A DNA stretch of 64,000 nt, from contig JADJWR010000002.1 in NCBI GenBank assembly GCA_016716275.1, forward strand, positions 525,662 to 589,661, read 5' to 3'. The translations under genes and the position numbers were made by a program. Position 1 is the first letter of the stretch. Every line of letters begins with the position of its first letter. This DNA is from Burkholderiales bacterium (GTDB lineage: Bacteria > Pseudomonadota > Gammaproteobacteria > Burkholderiales > Burkholderiaceae_F). Shown piece by piece: positions 16,441 to 23,643 of this stretch. A model generated the notes under the pieces. The model worked only from the letters and a program-made list of their open reading frames with translations, made no database searches and had not been told where the DNA came from.

Positions 16441-18850
16441 GTGACCGCGCGGAAGAACGGAACGTCAACGACCGGCTCGGCCCGCAGCCCGGGCCTGCGG
16501 CGCGGGCTCTGGCTGGTGCTGGCCCTGGCCGCGGCGGCGGTGCTGGCCGTGGCCTGGCTGGCGTCGCGGCCGTCGGCGGTGACCGTCGCGCCGGCGGGTT
16601 CTTCCGCCTCTTCCTCGGCGCCGCCTGCCGAGACGGCGCCGCCCTCGCCGGCCTACGTCGGCACCGCCGCCTGCGCCTCGTGCCACGCGAAGGAACATCA
16701 GGCGTGGCAGGGCTCCCAGCACGACCGCGCGATGGCCGAGGCGAACGAGGCCACGGTGCTCGGCAACTTCGCCGGCGCGAAGTTCAGCCACGGCGGCGTG
16801 ACCTCGACCTTCTTCCGCCGCGACGGCAGGTTCTTCGTCAACACCGACGGCCCCGACGGCAGGCTCGCCGACTTCGAGATCAGATACACCTTCGGCGTGA
16901 CGCCGCTGCAGCAGTACCTGGTGGAGATGCCGGGCGGCCGGCTGCAGGCGCTCGGCATCGCCTGGGACGCGCGGCCGGCGAAGACGGGCGGGCAGCGCTG
17001 GTTCCACCTCTACCCGGATCGCACGCTGAAAGCCGGCGACCCGCTGCACTGGACCGGCATCGACCAGACCTGGAACTACCAGTGCGCCGACTGCCACTCG
17101 ACCAACCTGCGCAAGAACTACGACGAGAAGACCGACCGCTACGCCACCACCTGGACCGACGTCGACGTCGGCTGCGAGGCCTGCCACGGCCCGGGGTCGA
17201 ACCATGTCGCCTGGGCGAAGAAGGAGGGCGACGGGCAGCGCCACCAGGCGGACAAGGGGCTCACGGTCGTGCTCGACGAGCGGCGCGGCGTCGGCTGGGC
17301 GATCGACGCGGCCACCGGCAACGCGGCGCGCTCACGGCCACGCGAGACTTCGCGCGAGATCGAGACCTGCGCCCGCTGCCACGCGCGGCGAGGACAGTTC
17401 ACCGACGCCTGGCATGCCGGCAACCGCCTCGCCGACGGCTATCGCGCGGCGCTGATCGAGCCGGGCCTGTACTGGGACGACGGGCAGCAGCGCGACGAGG
17501 TCTTCAACCACGGCTCGTTCCTCGGCAGCCGGATGCACGCCCGAGGCGTCACCTGTTCCGACTGCCACGACCCGCACAGCGGCAGGACGCGCGCCGGGCA
17601 ACGCGGTCTGCGCGCAATGCCACCTGCCGGCGAAGTACGACACCGCGTCCCATCATCACCACGCGCCGGGTTCGAAAGGGGCCGAGTGCACCGCCTGCCA
17701 CATGCCGACCACGACCTACATGGTCGTCGACCCGCGCCACGATCACGGCTTCCGCGTCCCGCGACCGGACCGCACCGTGAGCCTCGGCACGCCGAACGCC
17801 TGCAATCAGTGTCATACGGACAAGAAGCCCGAGTGGGCGGCGGCCGCCATCAAGTCCTGGTATCCGCATCCGAAGCCCGGCTACCAGACCTTCGCCGAGG
17901 CGTTTGCGCTGGCCGGGCGCGGCGCACCGGGCGCGCTGCAGGCGCTCGTGGCGGTGGCGGCGGACCGCGAGTTGTCCGGCTTCGTTCGAGCCGGTGCGAT
18001 CCGGCGGCTCGGCCCGTACCTGAGTCCCGCGACGCTGCCTACCATCCGCACGGCGCTCGGCGATGCGGATTCGCAGGTGCGCGCCGCCGCGGTCGGGGTT
18101 CTCCCTGGCGCGGACGCCGGCCTGCGCGGCCAGTTGCTGCCGGGACTTCTCGGCGATCCGGTGCGCCAGGTCAGGATGGACGCGGCGCGCGCGCTCGCCG
18201 GCGAACCGGAATCGCGCCTGCCGCCGCAGGAGCGCGCCCGGTTCTCGTCGGCGCTCGACGAGTACGTCGCGGCGGAACGCTTCAACGTCGACCGGCCAGA
18301 AGGCCGCGCCAGCCTCGGCAACCTGCACGCGGTGCAGGGACGGTTCGACGAGGCCGTGGCGGCTTTCCGCGGCGCGCTCGCGCTCGACCCGAGCTTCGAG
18401 CAGGCGGCGTTGAACCTGGCCGACCTGTATCGCAGCCGCGGGCTTGAAGGCGAAGCCGACCGGACGCTGCGCGAGGTGCTGAAGCGCAACCCGCGTTCGG
18501 CACCGGCGCGCTTTGCGCTCGGGCTGTCGTTGACCCGGCAGAGCCGCGCCGCCGAAGCGCTGAAGGAACTCGCCGAAGCAGCGAAGCTGGCGCCCGAGAA
18601 CACCCGCTTCGCCTACGTCCACGCGGTGGCGCTGAACGATGCCGGCAGGGGCGGCGAGGCGCGGCGCGAGCTCGAAGGCGCGCTGAAACGGCAACCCTAC
18701 GACCGCGAGGTGCTGCTGGCGCTGGCGCTGTTCGAGCGCGACGCCGGCAGTCGCGCGCGTGCGCTGGGCCATGCGCAACGGCTGGCGGAGCTCGAACCTG
18801 AAAGCCCGCAGGTCAAGCAACTCGTCCGCGAGCTGGGAGGCGGACCCTGA
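16441..18850 (+). pseudogene. Octaheme c-type cytochrome fused to HEAT/TPR repeats, interrupted by one +1 frameshift between about 17579 and 17599
   Basis: Five CXXCH motifs in frame 1 (CASCH, CADCH, CEACH, CARCH, CSDCH). After HDPHS the sense continues in the next frame (NAVCAQCH, CTACH, CNQCH) and then in track ORF 17702-18850, which holds HEAT-like and TPR-like repeats. Confidence 0.8.
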
Positions 18851-18953
18851 GCGGCGCGCGGGCCCGGTGGGGCGGGACGCACGCGCCCTCCGGCACTGTG
18901 CGGCAATCCGCGCGACAATTCGCCTGCTGTTCGACAACAGCAGGAGGCAAGCA

Positions 18954-19541
18954 ATGAAACGTGATGATCTCTTGAAGTCGTTCAGGGCCGCTCTTGCCAT
19001 GGTCGCCGTCGCGGGCTCGCTGGCGATGGCGCCGACGCTTTCGCCGGCGCAGGTTCCGGGAAAGACATCCGCCGCTGAACTGGGCCGCAGCGCCAACAGC
19101 GCGCTGCAGCAGCTGTACGCCAAGGTTCCGGCGGCCAAGGCAATCGGCAAGCAGGCAACCGCCGTGCTGGTGTTCCCCGGCGTCACCAAGGCGGGTCTGG
19201 GCGTCGGCGCCCAGTACGGCGAGGGCGCGCTGCTCAAGGGCGGCAAAGCGGTCGCCTACTACAACACGGCCGGCGCCTCGTACGGCCTGCAGGCGGGCGC
19301 GCAGACCTACGGTTATGCAATGTTCTTCATGAACGAGGCCGCGCTGAAGCAACTCGACAAGGCGGACGGCTTCGAGGTGGGTGTCGGCCCCAGCGTCGTC
19401 TTGATCGACGAAGGCAAGGCAAAGACCATGACCTCGACGACGATGAAGGACGACATCTACGCGTTCATCTTCGGCCAGCAGGGGCTGATGGCCGGGCTCG
19501 GCGTGCAGGGCAACAAGATCACCCGGATCACTCCGAAGTAG
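18954..19541 (+). CDS. Secreted SYLF/Ysc84-like (DUF500) domain protein
   Basis: AGGAGG lies 6 nt upstream of the ATG. MKRDDLLKSFRAALAMVAVAGSLAMA signal peptide. Gly-rich repeats AVLVFPGVTKAGLGVGAQYGEGALL and GASYGLQAGAQTYGYAMFF. Confidence 0.7.
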   Translation: MKRDDLLKSFRAALAMVAVAGSLAMAPTLSPAQVPGKTSAAELGRSANSALQQLYAKVPAAKAIGKQATAVLVFPGVTKAGLGVGAQYGEGALLKGGKAVAYYNTAGASYGLQAGAQTYGYAMFFMNEAALKQLDKADGFEVGVGPSVVLIDEGKAKTMTSTTMKDDIYAFIFGQQGLMAGLGVQGNKITRITPK

Positions 19542-19665
19542 CCGCGAAACCGTTGGTATTCGGCTCGCCTCGCCCCGACTGGTGCGGAGCCCTGCGGAGC
19601 GTCGTGTTTCCGGCGGTGCCGGGGTGGCCGCCTGAACCTCGACGCAGGCGTTCGAGACAGCCACC

Positions 19666-20304
19666 TTGAGAATCGACTTCGTCTCCGACGTCACCTGCCC
19701 GTGGTGCGCGATTGGCTTCAGCGCGCTCGAGCAGGCGATCGAGCGGCTCGGGGCCGAGCTGCCGGTCGAGCTGCACCTGCAGCCATTCGAGCTGAACCCG
19801 GAGATGCCGCCGGAAGGCGAGGACATCGTCCGCTACATGGCGCGCAAGTACGGCAAGAGCCCGGAAGACGTGGCCGACCGGCAGGCCGAGATCCGCGGTC
19901 GCGGCGCCGGCGTCGGCTTCGTCTTCGGCACCCGTACGCGGACCTGGAACACCTTCGACGCTCACCGCCTGCTGCACTGGGCGGGACTGCAGGGGCACGC
20001 GGTCGAACTCAAACAGGCGCTGCTCGCTGCCTATCACACGCGCGGCGAGAACCCGGGCGCGCACCAGGTGCTGCTGCGACTGGCCGGCGAGGCCGGGCTC
20101 GATGTCGATCGCGCACGCGCCGTGCTGGAAGGCGGCGAGTTCGCCGCCGAGGTGCGCGAGCGGCAGCGCCACTGGTGGGCGCTCGGCGTCCACTCGGTGC
20201 CGTCGGTGATCGTCGACGGTCGACACCTGATCCAGGGCGGCCAGCCGGCCGAGGTGTACGAACAGGCGCTGCGCGAGATCGCAGCCGGTCGCGCCGACGA
20301 CTGA
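19666..20304 (+). CDS. DsbA-family oxidoreductase (FrnE-like)
   Basis: The TTG start is the one given by the track ORF. RIDFVSDVTCPWCAIGF contains a CPWC active site. 212 aa. Confidence 0.8.
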   Translation: MRIDFVSDVTCPWCAIGFSALEQAIERLGAELPVELHLQPFELNPEMPPEGEDIVRYMARKYGKSPEDVADRQAEIRGRGAGVGFVFGTRTRTWNTFDAHRLLHWAGLQGHAVELKQALLAAYHTRGENPGAHQVLLRLAGEAGLDVDRARAVLEGGEFAAEVRERQRHWWALGVHSVPSVIVDGRHLIQGGQPAEVYEQALREIAAGRADD

Positions 20305-20418
20305 ACCGTTGCACGCGGCCGAGGCTCCGATGCGCGGCGCCGTCGCGGACGGCGCGTGCGGGCCTTTCGCCTGCCATCGGCTGGCGCCTACCGTGAACCC
20401 GTCGCGGGGTTGCCTCGC

Positions 20419-20456
20419 TTCAATTAGTTCAATTATTGTAGAAACATAGATTAATG
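20419..20456 (+). promoter_or_regulatory. AT-rich stretch with direct repeat TTCAATTA x2, immediately upstream of arsR (putative promoter/operator)
   Basis: TTCAATTA occurs at 20419-20426 and 20428-20435, followed by TTGTAGAAACATAGATTAATG. This is the only strongly AT-rich patch in the surrounding region. Confidence 0.35.
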
Positions 20457-20813
20457 ACCGGGCCGACGATGGCGCGCAAGGACGAATCCGGGCAGACCGC
20501 CCGCTTCGCCGACATGCTGGCGGCGATCGGCACCGAGCCGCGGCTGCGCATCCTGCGGCTGCTGCTCGCCGCGCATCCGGGCGGCATGGTGGTCGGCGAT
20601 ATCGCGGCCGAGCTGGCGATCGCCGGCTCGACGCTGTCGCACCACCTGGAGAAACTGCGCAACGAGCAACTGGTGACGGTGCGGCGCGACGGGACCTTCC
20701 TCTGGTATGCCGCCAACACCGGGGCGCTGCAGGAGCTGCTCGGCTTCCTGTACGCCGAGTGCTGCACCCGCAACCGGGTGATCGATCCGAGCCGTATCGT
20801 CTGCTGCAAGTGA
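20454..20813 (+). CDS. arsR: ArsR/SmtB-family metalloregulator
   Basis: Winged HTH (FADMLAAIGTEPRLRILRLLL...VGDIAAELAIAGSTLSHHLEKLRNEQLV). C-terminal vicinal cysteine pairs (AECC...VCCK). The alternative ATG at 20469 is possible. Confidence 0.85.
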   Translation: MTGPTMARKDESGQTARFADMLAAIGTEPRLRILRLLLAAHPGGMVVGDIAAELAIAGSTLSHHLEKLRNEQLVTVRRDGTFLWYAANTGALQELLGFLYAECCTRNRVIDPSRIVCCK

Positions 20814-20829
20814 ATGAAAGGAGAGCGAG

Positions 20830-21714
20830 ATGTCTGCGCAACCCGATGTGAAGGAAGTCGTGCGGGAGAAGTACGGCGCCGCCGCGCGGCGAGTCAGCCA
20901 GGGCGGCGGCTGCTGCGGCGGCAGAGGCTGCGACCCGATCACGACCAATCTGTACGACGCGGCGCAGGGCGGCGAAGTGCCGGCCGACGCGCTGGCGGCC
21001 TCCCTCGGTTGCGGCAACCCGACGGCGCTGGCCGAACTGAAGCCCGGCGAGACGGTGCTCGACCTCGGCTCCGGAGGCGGCATCGACGTGCTGCTGTCGG
21101 CGCGCCGGGTCGGGCCGACCGGCAAGGCGTTCGGGCTCGACATGACCGACGACATGCTGGCGCTGGCCGAGCAGAACAGGCGCCGCAGCGGCCTGACGAA
21201 CGTGCACTTCCTGAAGGGCGAGATCGAGCACATCCCGCTGCCCGACGAGTCGGTCGACGTGATCATCTCCAACTGCGTGATCAACCTGTCGGGCGACAAG
21301 GACCGCGTGCTGCGCGAGGCCTTCCGTGTGCTGAAGCCCGGCGGCCGCTTCGCGGTATCCGACGTGGTGGTGCGCGGCGAGGTGCCGCCGGCGATCCGGC
21401 GCAGCATGGAACTGTGGGCCGGCTGCGTGGCCGGTGCGCTGTCGGATCGCGACTACCTCGACAAGCTGGCCGCCGCCGGTTTCGCAGATGCAGCCATCGA
21501 GGTCACCCGCGTCTACCGTGCCGAAGACGCGCGCGAGCTGCTGGCCGGGCAGGGCCCCGACCTCGAGGCGCTGGCCGCCGAGGTCGACGGGAAGTTCGTC
21601 GCCGCCTTCGTGCGGGCAACCAAGCCGGCGGCCGGCGCAGCACAGAGCGTGTCCACCGGCGTCGCCGCGTCGGCCTCGTCGTGCTGCGCGCCGTCGTGCT
21701 GCGGCGGCGGCTGA
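20830..21714 (+). CDS. arsM: Arsenite S-adenosylmethionine methyltransferase
   Basis: SAM motif VLDLGSGGGIDV. Conserved cysteines sit in the contexts GCGNP, SNCVINL and WAGCVAGA. Cys-rich N- and C-termini (GGGCCGG and SSCCAPSCCGGG). Confidence 0.9.
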   Translation: MSAQPDVKEVVREKYGAAARRVSQGGGCCGGRGCDPITTNLYDAAQGGEVPADALAASLGCGNPTALAELKPGETVLDLGSGGGIDVLLSARRVGPTGKAFGLDMTDDMLALAEQNRRRSGLTNVHFLKGEIEHIPLPDESVDVIISNCVINLSGDKDRVLREAFRVLKPGGRFAVSDVVVRGEVPPAIRRSMELWAGCVAGALSDRDYLDKLAAAGFADAAIEVTRVYRAEDARELLAGQGPDLEALAAEVDGKFVAAFVRATKPAAGAAQSVSTGVAASASSCCAPSCCGGG

Positions 21715-21747
21715 CTTCGTCGGCCGCGCGGTCCGTTTCTGATGTCT

Positions 21748-21818
21748 GTCGCCCCGGCGCAGGCCCGGGCACAATTTTCGAGCGCCGACACCTGGCTGCC
21801 GGCCTTCGCCGGTACGAC
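21748..21818. repeat. Diverged second copy of the REP-like palindromic element, opposite orientation
   Basis: GTCGCCCCGGCGCAGGCCCGGGCACAA (21748-21774) matches 25 of 27 positions of the arm at 2419-2445. The loop resembles the reverse complement of the first loop. The right arm (21793-21818) is degenerate. Confidence 0.65.
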
Positions 21819-21924
21819 CGCGAGTCCACTGCCCGCTGCTCCTGCGCCTTGACACCGCTCAACCACCGGTCGCGCAGCGCGCCTAGCGTCTAGTCATCGC
21901 TCCGGAAGATCCGGAGAACAACCG

Positions 21925-23388
21925 ATGGACTGGCTGTCGACCTACGTGCCGGCCATGCTGGCCGGCGGGGCGGGTAACCTGGCCGCCTACCTGGCGGCGC
22001 ACGTGCTGCTGTGCCTGCTGCCGGCATTCTTCATCGCCGGCGCGATGTCGGCGCTGATCCCGAAGGAGTCGGTGACCCGCTTTCTCGGCCGCAGCACGCC
22101 GGGCACGGTGTCCTACCCGGCGGCGGCGGCGGCGGGCTCGCTGCTGGCGGTCTGCTCCTGCACCATCGTGCCGCTGTTCGCCGGCATCTACCGGAAAGGC
22201 GCCGGGCTCGGGCCGGCGATCACCTTTCTCTTCTTCGCGCCGGCGGCCAACATCCTGGCGCTGGTCTACACCGGCGGCGTGATCGGCGTCGACCTGGCGT
22301 TCGCGCGCTTCGTGCTGTCGCTCGCCTTCGGCATCGGCATCGGCCTGATCATGGCGCTGCTGTTCCGCGCCGACGACGCGGCCCGTGATCGTGCCGCCGA
22401 CGACGCCTTCGGCGCGCGCGGCGGCGGCATGCGGCCGGCGGCGCTGGCCTTCCTGCTGGTGTGGGTGGCGCTGCTGCTCGCCGGCACGCTGAAGCTCGGC
22501 GTGCTTACCGGTTCCTACGCGCAGTTCACCTTGCCATTGTCCGGCGCCGATGGCTGGCAGGCGGCGCTCGATCGCCTGGTGCCGTTCGACCCGCACAAGG
22601 GCGAGGAAGGCGTGTCGGTGCACGGCGTGCTGCTGATCGCACTGCTGGCGGCGATCGGCTTATCCGCGTGGCGCGGGCTGGAGCGCATCCACGACGGCAT
22701 CACCCGCTGGACGCGGCTTTCCTTTGCCCTCGTCGCCGCCACGCTGCTGGTCGCCGCGCTGGCCGTGCAGGCCACGCCGGCCGGCCTGCAGATCGGGGTG
22801 ACCGGCAAGTTCTTCGCCGTCGCACTCGCTCTTGCCGTGCTGCACCGGCTCGCCTGGCGCCGGCTGACCGAAGACGAACTGCGCGACTGGCTGTGGGAGT
22901 CGTGGCGCTTCGTGCGGCAGATCTTCCCGCTGCTGGTCGCCGGCGTATTCGTGGTCGGCATGTTCCGCGTGCTGATCCAGCCCGAGTGGATCCAGGCCGT
23001 CGCCGGCACCAACTCGATCGGCGCCAACCTGGCCGGCGTGGCCTTCGGTGTGTTCATGTATTTCCCGACGCTGGTCGAGGTGCCGATCGCGCAGATGTTC
23101 CTCGACCTCGGCATGCATCGCGGGCCGCTGCTCGCCTACCTGATGGCCGACCCCGAACTGTCGCTGCAGAGCGTGCTGATCATCGCGGCGATCATCGGTC
23201 GGACCAAGGCCCTCACCTACGTCGGCCTGGTCGCGCTGTTCAGTGCCGTGGCCGGCTTCAGCTACGGCGCATGGATCGACGGAACTCCCGTGGTCGTGCT
23301 GGCGCTCGCGCTGGCGGCCTTCGTCGGCCTGCTCGCCGCGCTGCTGGCGTTCGCCTCGCGCCGCTCGGCCGCCCTTCACGGAGCCTGA
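21925..23388 (+). CDS. Permease of the YraQ/ArsP-like family (two-repeat membrane protein)
   Basis: 487-aa polytopic ORF. Vicinal Cys motif LAVCSCTIVPLFAG. It follows arsM and precedes the small CxxC protein, a pairing typical of this family. Confidence 0.8.
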   Translation: MDWLSTYVPAMLAGGAGNLAAYLAAHVLLCLLPAFFIAGAMSALIPKESVTRFLGRSTPGTVSYPAAAAAGSLLAVCSCTIVPLFAGIYRKGAGLGPAITFLFFAPAANILALVYTGGVIGVDLAFARFVLSLAFGIGIGLIMALLFRADDAARDRAADDAFGARGGGMRPAALAFLLVWVALLLAGTLKLGVLTGSYAQFTLPLSGADGWQAALDRLVPFDPHKGEEGVSVHGVLLIALLAAIGLSAWRGLERIHDGITRWTRLSFALVAATLLVAALAVQATPAGLQIGVTGKFFAVALALAVLHRLAWRRLTEDELRDWLWESWRFVRQIFPLLVAGVFVVGMFRVLIQPEWIQAVAGTNSIGANLAGVAFGVFMYFPTLVEVPIAQMFLDLGMHRGPLLAYLMADPELSLQSVLIIAAIIGRTKALTYVGLVALFSAVAGFSYGAWIDGTPVVVLALALAAFVGLLAALLAFASRRSAALHGA

Positions 23389-23390
23389 AA

Positions 23391-23639
23391 ATGCTCACCA
23401 TCAAGGTTCTCGGTCCCGGCTGCGCCAACTGCCGCAAGCTGGAGGAAATCGCCCGCGCGGCGGTCGCCGCCGCCGGTGTCGAGGCGCAGGTCGTCAAGGT
23501 CACCGACATGCAGCAGATCGTCGGCTACGGCGTGCTGAAGACGCCCGGCCTGGTGGTCGACGAGAAGCTGGTGTCCTCCGGGCGCATCCCGTCGGCCGAG
23601 AACGTGGCCGAGTGGATCGCGGCGGTGCAGGGCCGGTGA
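23391..23639 (+). CDS. Thioredoxin-fold redox-active disulfide protein (small CxxC protein)
   Basis: 82 aa: MLTIKVLGPGCANCRKLEEIA...GVLKTPGLVVDEKLVSSGRIPS. GGAG lies upstream of the ATG. It starts 2 nt after the permease stop. Confidence 0.85.
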   Translation: MLTIKVLGPGCANCRKLEEIARAAVAAAGVEAQVVKVTDMQQIVGYGVLKTPGLVVDEKLVSSGRIPSAENVAEWIAAVQGR

Positions 23640-23643
23640 ATTC

